In this document: piece by piece, positions 30,364-40,079 of the stretch
Layout: each line of letters opens with the position of its first letter
Position numbering within the stretch: the first letter of the stretch is position 1
Source of the DNA: Bacillota bacterium
Lineage (GTDB): Bacteria; Bacillota; Clostridia; Oscillospirales; Ruminococcaceae
Assembly (NCBI GenBank): GCA_023391005.1
Contig: JAEWBS010000112.1
Span: forward strand, 2,143-66,142
Reading direction: 5' to 3'
DNA: 64,000 nucleotides
Notes under the pieces: model-generated
What the model saw: the letters and a program-made list of their open reading frames with translations, nothing else
The model's database searches: none
What the model was told of the DNA's origin: nothing
Program-made: the position numbers and the translations under genes

Positions 30364-31422
30364 ATGAAAAAGTTTTTCGGCGTTTTATTATCCTGCGTTC
30401 TAATCGCGACACTCATTGGCGGGTGCGGCAGCAAGCCCGCTGCCAGCGGCGCGGCGCCGGGTGGCGATGCGTCCTCGGCCGCCACAACCGTGTACAAGCT
30501 CAACCTGTCGGTGCCCGATCCTGAGACCTCTTCGGTTACCATCGCCGCCAAGGAATTCGCCAAGCAGCTCAACGAAAAGAGCAACGGCGTCTTAGAGGTT
30601 CAGGTTTACCCCAACGGCTCGCTCTATGGCGGCGACGGCTCGGCGGCGGTCAAGCAGCTTGCCGCGGGCAGCCTCGATATGCTGGTGCTGGCCGGTTCGC
30701 TCTATGCAAACTTTGTCCCCGAGTTTAACGCCATCAGCATCCCCTACATGTTCGACGACTTTGATCAGCTTGTGGGCTTTGTCAACAGCGATGTCGGCAC
30801 GCAGCTCAAGGCCGGCGTTTCGGACATCGGCATTGAGCCGCTGGCGCTGTGGACCAGAAGCTTCCGCCAGATCACCAACTCCAAGAGACCGATCACCCAG
30901 CCCGACGATCTCAAGGGCGTCATCCTCAGAGTGCCCAACAACGCGCTTTGGGTCGAGTTTTTCACCGCTTGCGGCGCTACCTCCACCCCCATGTCCTTCA
31001 GCGAGGTTTATAACGCGCTCCAGCTCAAAACGCTTGACGGTCAGGAGAACCCTGTCGATGTCCCTGTCTCGGCGAAGTTCTACGAGGTTCAAAAGTATAT
31101 CACCCTCTCCAATCACATGGCCGACACCTGGGTCGTGGGCATGAACCCCGACAAGTTCAAGGCACTGCCTGCCGATATGCAGGAGCTGATCAAGACCACG
31201 GCTGCCGAGATGCAGCAGTGGAAAATCGACTACGACGCCAAGGAAGACGCCAAGGCGCTCGACGAGCTCAAAGCCAAGGGCATGGAAGTCAACGAGCTAA
31301 CCGCCGAGGGTCAGGCAAAATTTGTCGCAGTCTCCAAGGGCCTGTACGACAGCGTATTTAAGGGCATTGTCAAGAACGACGCGCTCTTTGATAAAGCGCT
31401 TGAATTCGTAGGCAAAAAGTAA
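30364..31422 (+). CDS. dctP: TRAP substrate-binding lipoprotein
   Basis: Lipobox LIGGC, FRQITNSKRPI, LRVP, DGQENP. Confidence 0.93.
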   Translation: MKKFFGVLLSCVLIATLIGGCGSKPAASGAAPGGDASSAATTVYKLNLSVPDPETSSVTIAAKEFAKQLNEKSNGVLEVQVYPNGSLYGGDGSAAVKQLAAGSLDMLVLAGSLYANFVPEFNAISIPYMFDDFDQLVGFVNSDVGTQLKAGVSDIGIEPLALWTRSFRQITNSKRPITQPDDLKGVILRVPNNALWVEFFTACGATSTPMSFSEVYNALQLKTLDGQENPVDVPVSAKFYEVQKYITLSNHMADTWVVGMNPDKFKALPADMQELIKTTAAEMQQWKIDYDAKEDAKALDELKAKGMEVNELTAEGQAKFVAVSKGLYDSVFKGIVKNDALFDKALEFVGKK

Positions 31423-31528
31423 AGCGCAGGCGTCAAAAACCGGTTAAGCGGCCCGGGGGCAGGATACTGTCCCCGACGCAGCGCCTTTGCCCCCGCGCAA
31501 AATCACCTGTGACAATCAGGAGGAATTT

Positions 31529-32026
31529 ATGGACAAGCTCAGAAACAGCAAGGCGCTAAGGGGCTTTTTCAAGCTGTTTAACGCGCTCGCGGAGACGATA
31601 CTTTTACTTTCATTGGGCGGATTATTCCTTGTTGTTCTCGTGCAGATCGGCGGACGCATTCTCGGAATGCCCGCTCCCTGGACCGAGGAAGGCACAAGAT
31701 ATCTGTTCCTGTGGATGATGTTCACAGCGCTGGCATACGGATTTAGATTTGTCGAATCGGCGCGCGTTTCGGTATTTATAGAAAAGCTCCCCAGCCCGCT
31801 TAAAACCGTCACCACGGCGCTTTATGTCGTTTCAACACTCGGTTTCTTCGCCTTTATGATTTATTATGGCGCCAAGCTGACCAATCAGCAGATAAAAATG
31901 CACGAAATCGGCGCGGCCATCACCATCCCCATGTGGTTTATCGGCGTCTCCCTGCCGTTTTCAGGGCTGCTGGGTATCGTCTCAACGATACAGGGCCTGC
32001 TGGATTATCCGCAAAAACTGAAGTGA
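31529..32026 (+). CDS. dctQ: TRAP small permease
   Basis: PWTEEGTRYLFLW, four TM segments. Confidence 0.9.
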   Translation: MDKLRNSKALRGFFKLFNALAETILLLSLGGLFLVVLVQIGGRILGMPAPWTEEGTRYLFLWMMFTALAYGFRFVESARVSVFIEKLPSPLKTVTTALYVVSTLGFFAFMIYYGAKLTNQQIKMHEIGAAITIPMWFIGVSLPFSGLLGIVSTIQGLLDYPQKLK

Positions 32027-32036
32027 GGGTGCACAT

Positions 32037-33317
32037 ATGAGTTTAATTTTATTAGGCATTTTTATGGTGCTGATGGTCGTTGGCATCCCCATTGCCATTT
32101 CGCTGGGCATTGCGTCGATTATCACCATTCTTGTTTTTACATCAACGCCGCTCAGCGTGGTCATTCAGCTGATGTTCACCTCGATGAACAGCTTTGTCAT
32201 GGTCGGCGTTCCGCTGTTCATTCTGGCCGGCAGCCTCATGGATGAGGGCGGCGTGGCCGATAAGATCTACAACTTCTGTGACGCATCGGTCGGCTGGATT
32301 TACGGCGGACTCGGCCACGTCTCGGTTATGTGCAGCATGCTGTTCGCGGGCATGTCGGGCTCTTCGGTCGCCGCGATTGCCAGCATCGGCAAAATGAGCA
32401 TCAACGCGCTTGAGAAAAAGGGGTATCCTAAGGAATATGCCACCGCCATCAACCTGATTGGGTCGATGCTGGCCAGCATTATTCCGCCCAGCATTCTGAT
32501 GATTGTCGCCGCCTCGGTCGCAAATATTTCGGTCGGTCAGGCGCTGTTGGCGGGACTGGTGCCCGGCGTCATGATCGGCATCATCTTCATGATCTATAAT
32601 TACATTTACTGCAAAAGAACCGGCATTGGCGACAAATCGCCCTTCAGCCTGAAGCGTCTGGGCCAAACCTTCGTGCAGGCCATTCCGTCACTGCTGGTTC
32701 CGGTTATCATTCTAGTGGGTATGTTCAGCGGCATCTATACGCCTACCGAGGCGGCGGCCATCGCGGTTTTGTATACGATTTTTATCTCGGTGTTCGTCTA
32801 CAAGAACTTAAAGCTTTCGGACATTCCGAGAATTATCCGCCAGAAGGCCCGCTCGACCGGCTCGATTCTGTTTGTCGCCATTACAGCCAAGCCGGCCTGC
32901 TATATCTTTGAGCTTGACGGCCTGCCCGCAAAGGTAGCGCAGCTTATTACCCAGACCACGACCAATAAATTTGTCATCATGTTTTTGATCTTTGTATTCC
33001 TGATCATTGTCGGCATGTTCATGGACGCCACGGCTGCCATCTATATTCTGGTGCCGATTCTGCTGCCGGCGGTTGTCTCGGTCGGCATCAACCCGCTGTT
33101 CTTCGTCGTGTTCCTGATCATCACGCTGTCGTTCGGTCTGATTACCCCGCCGGTGGGTGTATGCCTCTATGCCGCCGAAAACGTGACGGGGCTTTCGATT
33201 GAAACGATTGTCAAAGCGACCATGCCCTGGCTGATTTTGACGACGGGCATCATCATTTCGCTGATCTTCCTGCCTCAGATTATCACCGAGCCGGTTCGCT
33301 TCTTTATGGGTCTTTAA
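32037..33317 (+). CDS. dctM: TRAP large permease
   Basis: PLFILAG, SGSSVA, IIPPS, TPTEAA, ITPPVG. Confidence 0.94.
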   Translation: MSLILLGIFMVLMVVGIPIAISLGIASIITILVFTSTPLSVVIQLMFTSMNSFVMVGVPLFILAGSLMDEGGVADKIYNFCDASVGWIYGGLGHVSVMCSMLFAGMSGSSVAAIASIGKMSINALEKKGYPKEYATAINLIGSMLASIIPPSILMIVAASVANISVGQALLAGLVPGVMIGIIFMIYNYIYCKRTGIGDKSPFSLKRLGQTFVQAIPSLLVPVIILVGMFSGIYTPTEAAAIAVLYTIFISVFVYKNLKLSDIPRIIRQKARSTGSILFVAITAKPACYIFELDGLPAKVAQLITQTTTNKFVIMFLIFVFLIIVGMFMDATAAIYILVPILLPAVVSVGINPLFFVVFLIITLSFGLITPPVGVCLYAAENVTGLSIETIVKATMPWLILTTGIIISLIFLPQIITEPVRFFMGL

Positions 33318-33507
33318 TCACCGCATGAGCGCCGCAGCGTTGCGGCGCTCAATTCATACTACGCGTCCACTGGTGCCAACGCTTAGCTATTTTTATCAAG
33401 AACACCCCGGCTGCGCCGTGTCGGCTTTTCGTGTTTAAACAACATACCTCGTACAATTCTGTTATGCGCCAAGATATCAATATTACGCTGAAAAGGAGCC
33501 TATATCG

Positions 33508-34473
33508 ATGAAAATTGTCGTATTAGACGGCTATACGCTAAACCCCGGCGACCTGAGCTGGGCCGGACTTGAAGCGCTCGGTACGCTGACGGTCTATGAC
33601 CGAACCTCTTTGACCGACGAAAGCGAGACCATCGCGCGAGTTGGCGACGCCGAAATTGTCTACACCAACAAGACCCCGCTTTCTAAAAAGGTGCTCGACG
33701 CCTGCCCGAATATTAAGTTTATCGGCGTGCTTGCGACGGGCTACAACATTGTCGATGTCGCTGCCGCAAAAGAGAAGCGCATCCCGGTCTGCAACATCCC
33801 GACCTACGGCACCGATGCGGTGGGCCAGTTCGCCATTGCGATGCTGCTGGAAATCTGCCACCATGTCGCGCATCATTCCGACGCCGTGCACGCCGGGCGG
33901 TGGGAGAATAACCCCGATTGGTGCTTCTGGGATTATCCGCTTATTGAGCTTGCGGGTAAAACGATGGGCATCATCGGTTTTGGCCGCATCGGCCAGACGA
34001 CCGGGCGCATCGCAAAGGCGATGGGCATGAAGATTGTCGCCTTTGATGAATATCCCAACGAACAGGGTAAAGAAATTGCCGACTATGTCTCGCTTGACGC
34101 GCTGCTGGCCGCCTCCGACGTCGTCGCCGTACACTGCCCTCTGTTCCCGTCAACGCAGGGCATCATCTGCAAGGAAAATATCGACAAGATGAAGGACGGC
34201 GTCATTATTCTCAACAACTCCCGCGGCCCGCTCGTTGTCGAGCAGGATCTCGCCGACGCGCTCAACAGCGGCAAGGTGTACGCGGCGGGACTCGACGTCG
34301 TCTCAACCGAGCCGATCAAGGCCGATAACCCGCTGCTCAAAGCGAAGAACTGCATCATCACCCCCCACATCTCGTGGGCGCCCCGAGAGAGCCGCCAGCG
34401 CCTGATGAACATCGCCATCGAGAATCTCAAGCAGTTTTTGGCGGGTGCCCCCGCCAATGTCGTTAATAAATAG
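33508..34473 (+). CDS. D-2-hydroxyacid (glycerate/hydroxypyruvate) dehydrogenase
   Basis: LDGYTLNPGDLSW, GFGRIG, NNSRG, DVVSTEP, TPHISWA. Confidence 0.92.
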   Translation: MKIVVLDGYTLNPGDLSWAGLEALGTLTVYDRTSLTDESETIARVGDAEIVYTNKTPLSKKVLDACPNIKFIGVLATGYNIVDVAAAKEKRIPVCNIPTYGTDAVGQFAIAMLLEICHHVAHHSDAVHAGRWENNPDWCFWDYPLIELAGKTMGIIGFGRIGQTTGRIAKAMGMKIVAFDEYPNEQGKEIADYVSLDALLAASDVVAVHCPLFPSTQGIICKENIDKMKDGVIILNNSRGPLVVEQDLADALNSGKVYAAGLDVVSTEPIKADNPLLKAKNCIITPHISWAPRESRQRLMNIAIENLKQFLAGAPANVVNK

Positions 34474-34569
34474 ATGATGGGTCATCTGATACGGCTGATC
34501 TTTGCCTTGCAACGGCAAGCATTATCGGCGCACTGCAAAGCCTCATTTTTTAACAGACCTCTTCTTTTT

Positions 34570-34623
34570 CATACAAATACAGACCGCGCAACGGTTTAAC
34601 GTTGCGCGGTCTGTATTTGTATG
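34570..34623. terminator. 24-bp perfect hairpin between convergent genes
   Basis: catacaaatacagaccgcgcaacg-gtttaa-cgttgcgcggtctgtatttgtatg. Confidence 0.7.
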
Positions 34624-34743
34624 CTGCTTTAATCCACGGCGTTTATGCGTGTGATTGCCGCTCTCTTAGCCATGAATTTTATCCACACCGCCCGCTGAGG
34701 TAACCGCATTAAGTGTGGGCGTATGCGCAAGCTTAAACAGTTC

Positions 34744-36135
34744 TTACGCCTTTGGAATGCGTACAATAAACCGGCTGCCTTTTCCCTTCTCGCTCTGCGC
34801 CTCAACCGTACCGCCGTGTGCGGTCACGATGGCCTTGACGATCGAAAGCCCGATTCCGGCCCCGCCGGTCGCCCTACTGCGGGATTCATCGGTACGATAA
34901 AACCGCTCAAAAATAAAGGGCAGCGCCGCCGCGTCGATACCGACGCCATCGTCCCGCACGGTCAATACGCCATATGCGCCGTCGCTTGAGATATCTAGCG
35001 CGATATGCCCGCCGGGTGGCGTATACTTAACCGCGTTTGAAACCAGATTGACCAGTACCTGATCGAGCCGTCCCGAATCGGCCAGTACAACGGTGCTGCC
35101 GCCGTTGACCGCGATCGAAATCTGCTGCGTCCGGCAGGCGGCCTCAAAGGATTGTGCCGCCGCCTGTGCGCGCTCGAGCAGGTCGACCGGCTGTTTATCG
35201 ATTTTTAAGTTTTCATCCTCAATGCTTGAGAGCTTTTCAAGCCCGGCCACCAACCCCGAGATGCGGCCGATCTCGTCATAGCAGCTTCTCAGCCGATCGG
35301 GCGTCGGCTGCCACACTCCTTCGATCATTGCCTCAAGATGGGCGGCAACCGCCCCCAGCGGCGTGCGTAGCTCATGCGCGACATCGGAGGTCAGACGTTT
35401 ACGCAGCGCCTCCTGCGCGCTGATCGTTTTGGCCAACGCGTCGATGGCTTGTGCCAGCTCGGCAAGCTCCCGCGTGCCGCTATCGCCGTCAAGACCGACG
35501 CTGTAATCCCCTTCCGAGATGGCCCGCGCCGCTTTTGCCGCCTGCGCGACAGGCCGGGTGATGCGGCGCGCGAGAAAATAGCCCGCGATGAGCGAACAGA
35601 CAAACGCAAACACACCGACGGCCAGCAACAGCAGATGCAGCGTGTCTAAAAACACCAAATCGCTCTCGCTAAAAAAATAGGGGCCGTAATAGGTGATCTC
35701 AACGGCGCCGACCGGTTGGCCTTTAAAGGTCAGCGGGTAGGTGTTCGATACGACCTGTCCGCTTAAATCGGGACGGTGCGCCTTCATGCGCTGTGAGATA
35801 TCGGTCATCATCTGCGAGCAGAGGCTGGCGTCGTGATTTTCGGCATCCCAGACGGTTTTTCCGTCGGCGTCGTTGAGCTTGATGATGTACCCGTCGTACA
35901 GCGCGTACATGCCGATGCCGTGAACAAAGCCGATATCCCAGGTACGGGTCAGCGGGTCGTACTGGCGGTTGATATTCGCCGCAATCTCACTGGAATGAAA
36001 CGCCTGCTTCTGCTCTATATAGCGATCAAACGCTCTGCCGATGACAATATCGGATAAAAAGCTGATCAGCGAGATGGTGATGAGCACCACCAACGCCATC
36101 GTCAGCGAGAGCTGTGTCTGTAGTCTGCGCGGCAA
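34744..36135 (-). CDS. HAMP sensor histidine kinase (BaeS-like)
   Basis: AHELRTPL, NLVSNAVKY, FERFYR, GAGIGL. Confidence 0.93.
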   Translation of the reverse strand: MPRRLQTQLSLTMALVVLITISLISFLSDIVIGRAFDRYIEQKQAFHSSEIAANINRQYDPLTRTWDIGFVHGIGMYALYDGYIIKLNDADGKTVWDAENHDASLCSQMMTDISQRMKAHRPDLSGQVVSNTYPLTFKGQPVGAVEITYYGPYFFSESDLVFLDTLHLLLLAVGVFAFVCSLIAGYFLARRITRPVAQAAKAARAISEGDYSVGLDGDSGTRELAELAQAIDALAKTISAQEALRKRLTSDVAHELRTPLGAVAAHLEAMIEGVWQPTPDRLRSCYDEIGRISGLVAGLEKLSSIEDENLKIDKQPVDLLERAQAAAQSFEAACRTQQISIAVNGGSTVVLADSGRLDQVLVNLVSNAVKYTPPGGHIALDISSDGAYGVLTVRDDGVGIDAAALPFIFERFYRTDESRSRATGGAGIGLSIVKAIVTAHGGTVEAQSEKGKGSRFIVRIPKA

Positions 36136-36137
36136 GT

Positions 36138-36833
36138 CTATCCCTCCCCGAACCGATATCCCAGACCGTGCACCGTCTTGATATAGACCGGCGCTTTAGG
36201 ATTATCCTCAATTTTTTGCCGCAAATTTTTGATGTGTGTATCCACGGCGCGGTCATAGCCCTCAAAATCGTCCCCCAGCGCGGTTGCGATCAGCGCCTCA
36301 CGCGAAAAAACCTTGCCCGGGTATTTGACCAACGCCGAGAGAATACGCGCCTCGTTGGGGGTGAGCGAAACAGGCTGTCCGGCCTTGTAAAAGCGGTTAC
36401 ACTCAAAGTCGACCGACAGGTCGTTATTGTTCCATGAGTTTTTCTGGGTCAGCGGCGTCAGATCAGCTGACGAGCGTCGCAGCACCGCCTCTATCTTCGC
36501 CGCGAGCACCTTGAGGCTGAAGGGTTTGAGCATATAATCGTCGGCGCCGAGCGCCAGCCCGTTGAGCTGGTCGGCCTCGCCCGATTTTGCCGTCAGCATG
36601 ATGATCGGCGTGCGCGCGGTTCGGCGCACCGCCTCACAAACCGCCTCGCCGGAAAGATCGGGCAGCATCAGGTCCAACACCACGAGCGAGACGTTCTCGC
36701 GCGCAAGCAGCGCCAGCGCCTCGCGTCCGGTCGCGGCGGTGAAGACCTTATAACCGCGGCTGGTCAAAAAGGCGTCGAGCACCTCGCGCATCTTCGCCTC
36801 GTCGTCAACGACCAGAATACGTTTATTCTCCAT
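36138..36833 (-). CDS. OmpR-family response regulator
   Basis: VVDDE, LDLMLP, KPF, DTHIKNLRQK, TVHGLGY. Confidence 0.93.
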   Translation of the reverse strand: MENKRILVVDDEAKMREVLDAFLTSRGYKVFTAATGREALALLARENVSLVVLDLMLPDLSGEAVCEAVRRTARTPIIMLTAKSGEADQLNGLALGADDYMLKPFSLKVLAAKIEAVLRRSSADLTPLTQKNSWNNNDLSVDFECNRFYKAGQPVSLTPNEARILSALVKYPGKVFSREALIATALGDDFEGYDRAVDTHIKNLRQKIEDNPKAPVYIKTVHGLGYRFGEG

Positions 36834-36947
36834 GCCGCCATCACCCCCATTTTTTGTACCAATATTATACCCCGCGGGGCAGAAAATGACAACCGCGCCT
36901 GAGGGTTCGGACAATTTCTCCCGCGCCCTCAGGCGGCCTTAACGCTG

Positions 36948-37463
36948 TTATTTCCAGTTCGAGAAGATTTTTACCGAGCCCTCTAAAAAATCCTGAGAGA
37001 TTGTGATATCGCTGTCGGTGACGGTCTTGTCTTTGGCAAAAATCGGCCACGGGTTACACCCGCCCGACTCGACCTCCAGCTGGTTGGTTGAAAAACGGTT
37101 GCCGCAGTTCTGGCAAACCAGCTTATCGCCCGAGAGCTCATAATAGCCCCGCCCCGACGAATAGCAGATCTGGCAGGTATTAAACGCGGTGCGTATCGTG
37201 CCGTCCGGCGCTTTGACCGCGATGACCTCCATATCGGTCTTGCCCACCGTCACCGGGTAGAAGGACGGTGTTTCGGAAATCTCGGCGACAGGAATGGTCA
37301 GCCCCGCCCCTTCAGAAACGCTGCCTGAGGCAGCAACCTGCCCCTTTTCGGGCGCGACACCCCCGGCGCAACCGGCGGCCAGAAGCACTGCCGCTATGAT
37401 GGCCAGCAGCGCCGTAAAATGCCTGATGCGCCCAGTGCGCTTATCTTTTAATGCCTGTATCAT
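36948..37463 (-). CDS. DUF2318 (predicted Fe-S/metal-binding) lipoprotein
   Basis: LAAGC lipobox; CQIC, CQNCG, GGCNP. Confidence 0.85.
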   Translation of the reverse strand: MIQALKDKRTGRIRHFTALLAIIAAVLLAAGCAGGVAPEKGQVAASGSVSEGAGLTIPVAEISETPSFYPVTVGKTDMEVIAVKAPDGTIRTAFNTCQICYSSGRGYYELSGDKLVCQNCGNRFSTNQLEVESGGCNPWPIFAKDKTVTDSDITISQDFLEGSVKIFSNWK

Positions 37464-37613
37464 CTACTTCTCCTCCTTGGTATCGACCACAAAGCCGTTG
37501 TCAGCATGCGTGGTATCTCTCTTTTTGCCGGAGGTATCTCTGAAAAGAAAAGCGGCGACAATAAGGCCCGCGAGCGGGAAAATACAATGCCAGTGTTGGG
37601 TTAAAAATTGCAT
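37464..37613 (-). CDS. 49-aa single-TM protein with HWHC motif
   Basis: MQFLTQHWHCIFPLAGLIVAAFLFRDTSGKK...; GGGAGG RBS; stop abuts the next start. Not in the ORF track. Confidence 0.7.
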   Translation of the reverse strand: MQFLTQHWHCIFPLAGLIVAAFLFRDTSGKKRDTTHADNGFVVDTKEEK

Positions 37614-37638
37614 GTGATAACCTCCCTAAAATCGTTAT

Positions 37639-39483
37639 TTATTGGCAACAGGAGCCGCCCCCGCCTGAATAATAGAGTTCGGGCGGCCAGATCAGCGTCT
37701 CAAAATTGGCGACTTCGGCTTTAATCGCCGCCTCATCGATGGCGGTGATATCCTCGACGACCTTGACATAGCCGTAAAAGGTGCTGTCGGCAGTCGAAAA
37801 GTCAAAGCTTTGCTCGGGGTAGAAATAAAAGCCGTTCTCACCGCTGGCAATGGGCAGCTGCGTCACATAGTCGGGGATCATCAGAAGCGTCTGGTCGGTG
37901 GCCGAGGGCGCGTCGTAACGGATGCGCCACATCACATTGGTACCGGCCTGCACGACCATCACCGCCGGTGAGAATCCCTGCTCGGTCAGCGAAATATCCA
38001 CTATTTGAATAGGCGTTCCGCTTTCATCGGTCGTCAGTTCGGCTACCGCCAGCAGATCGGTCGGAATCGTATAGCCCGCCGGGGTGGGGTCGGGGATAAC
38101 TGCATCGGCATCGTCAGCGCTACCATCGATCGGCGTACCCGGCTCGACCACAGTGATGCGTCCCCTGATCATGCCCATCCAACAGCTATACTGGTAGACG
38201 CCCGCTTTGTCGGGCGTAAAGCGGATGACATTTTCACCGGGCTGAAACTGGTGGGTAATATCATACGCCGGGATGTAAAACCGGTTGTTGCAGCCGTTGA
38301 TACTGCCCTGCGGCGCGGTGATCACCCATTCGACCGGCGTGCCCGCTTCGACGGTGATGTTGGGATACCGCCCGGGCGCGAGAGTGCTTTCTACAAACTG
38401 CACACCGTCCTTCATGACCGGGCCGGCGCCCGAACCATCTGAGGCATCGGCGGTCAAAAGCGGTACTGCAACCCCCGAGAGGCTAAGCCCTTGTGAGAAC
38501 ATTGACAGGCCCAGCACCGCCACAAGAACGGCGCCCGCCGTCATCATATTGTGCAGATGCTTTTTAGCGAGCGCGGCGCTCAGCGCCCCCAGTCCCAGCA
38601 TCAGAGGCAGCGTGCCCAGCGCAAACACGAACATCGACAGCGCGCCCTTGACCGGGCTGCCGGTGGAAAGCGCGTACAGCTGCATGGCCTGCAACGGCCC
38701 ACAGGGCATAAAGCCGTTGAGCAAGCCGACGATCAGCGGGCTTTTTGAACTTTTTGCTGACGAACAGCCGCCCCCACAACCCGGGGATAGTGGCATCGAC
38801 AGAGCCAGCCTTCGCATCCACGGGAAAAGATCGAGCATATTAAGCCCCAAAATCACCATAAAAACGCCCGCGCCCAGCTTGATAAAGCCCTGCACCGTGT
38901 TTGAAAAGGTAAAGACCGAGCCCGCCGCGCCCACCACAAAGCCCACGGCGGTGTAGGATATCACACGTCCCAAATTATAAAGCAGCCCGGCGCTTGAGAT
39001 CGGCGACCGACTGCTCTTAGGCGCACCGCCGCGCGACAGACACTGGGACAGGTTAATGCCGCCGCACATAGCGACGCAGTGCACCGACGTGATCAGCCCG
39101 ACAACAAATAACATACCGAAACCCATGCCCGCCTCGGCCAGTTGGGTGGGTGCGAGCAGGTTAATGAGCCCTGTGCGTTCGAGCGCGACAAAAAGCGACG
39201 CGATGATCAGCAGCATGCCCAGCGCGCGCCTGTAATGCGTTTTAGGATGTCCGCCCTCGGGCAGAGCCTGATAACCAAGGTCTTCAATTGTTCTGACAAT
39301 CTCCTCGGGCGAGATGGCGTCGGCGTCATAGTCGATCTCAGCTTTGCCCGCGCGATAGTCGACCTTGACCTTTACAACGCCGTACTGTTGCCGCAGTGCG
39401 CGCTCAATCGTGTTTTGGCAGCCCACACAGGTCATACCGCCAATGTTTAGGCTTTTAGATTTGATGGCTGTCTCCATATTCAA
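37639..39483 (-). CDS. HMA + DsbD_2/TauE-like membrane + cupredoxin-like fusion protein
   Basis: GMTCVGC, HCVAMCGG, MPCGPLQ, CWMGM, C-terminal GSCC. Confidence 0.85.
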   Translation of the reverse strand: MNMETAIKSKSLNIGGMTCVGCQNTIERALRQQYGVVKVKVDYRAGKAEIDYDADAISPEEIVRTIEDLGYQALPEGGHPKTHYRRALGMLLIIASLFVALERTGLINLLAPTQLAEAGMGFGMLFVVGLITSVHCVAMCGGINLSQCLSRGGAPKSSRSPISSAGLLYNLGRVISYTAVGFVVGAAGSVFTFSNTVQGFIKLGAGVFMVILGLNMLDLFPWMRRLALSMPLSPGCGGGCSSAKSSKSPLIVGLLNGFMPCGPLQAMQLYALSTGSPVKGALSMFVFALGTLPLMLGLGALSAALAKKHLHNMMTAGAVLVAVLGLSMFSQGLSLSGVAVPLLTADASDGSGAGPVMKDGVQFVESTLAPGRYPNITVEAGTPVEWVITAPQGSINGCNNRFYIPAYDITHQFQPGENVIRFTPDKAGVYQYSCWMGMIRGRITVVEPGTPIDGSADDADAVIPDPTPAGYTIPTDLLAVAELTTDESGTPIQIVDISLTEQGFSPAVMVVQAGTNVMWRIRYDAPSATDQTLLMIPDYVTQLPIASGENGFYFYPEQSFDFSTADSTFYGYVKVVEDITAIDEAAIKAEVANFETLIWPPELYYSGGGGSCCQ

Positions 39484-39488
39484 AGCTC

Positions 39489-39638
39489 CTATCTATGCTG
39501 TCCGCGTGCCCTGTGGTCGGCGGGTCGATTGAGCTTACAGCAGTTGGGGGTGCCGTTTCCAAACAGTTCCCGATTGGATTTTTCTAAGCGCGCCAGATAA
39601 TTATTGAACGCGCGTTTTACATGCGCAAATAATTTCAT
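39489..39638 (-). CDS. 49-aa LDCC-motif-like putative metal-binding protein
   Basis: MKLFAHVKRAFNNYLARLEKSNRELFGNGTPNCCKLNRP...; AAAGGAG RBS. Not in the ORF track. Confidence 0.72.
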   Translation of the reverse strand: MKLFAHVKRAFNNYLARLEKSNRELFGNGTPNCCKLNRPADHRARGQHR

Positions 39639-40036
39639 GCTAAAGCTCCTTTCTCAATGTCTCGATGTATTAAATGAACTTTAACATTTTTATTTGTAGA
39701 AATTATGGAGAGAGCACTCATTTCGCCAGTCAACATATTAAATTTATACCCGCATAAAAGCCAACAACAAGAATACCCCTGCCGACTGATCATCGGCGGG
39801 GGTATTCTAAATACAGCTTTTTCGTCGAGAGAAATTTTGTCTGCTGTTTAGACCCGACACGATGCAAGCAGCCCTATATTGATGTCAGCGTTTCTCAGGC
39901 ATTGTGTTTCTTTGCGAAAATCTCTGCATTTTTGTACAAACAGTTGGCCGCTTTTTTGTCGCCTCGCATAATTTTATTGAAACATCAAATTTGTTATTGA
40001 CTTAGCATAAAACATTCGTTTAATATTATTGTATAT

Positions 40037-40057
40037 TAAAATTGTTCTACAATTTTA
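40037..40057. promoter_or_regulatory. candidate GntR/FadR operator
   Basis: Palindrome taaaattgt-tct-acaatttta just upstream of the operon RBS. Confidence 0.6.
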
Positions 40058-40079
40058 GTTAAATAAAAGGAGGTACAAT

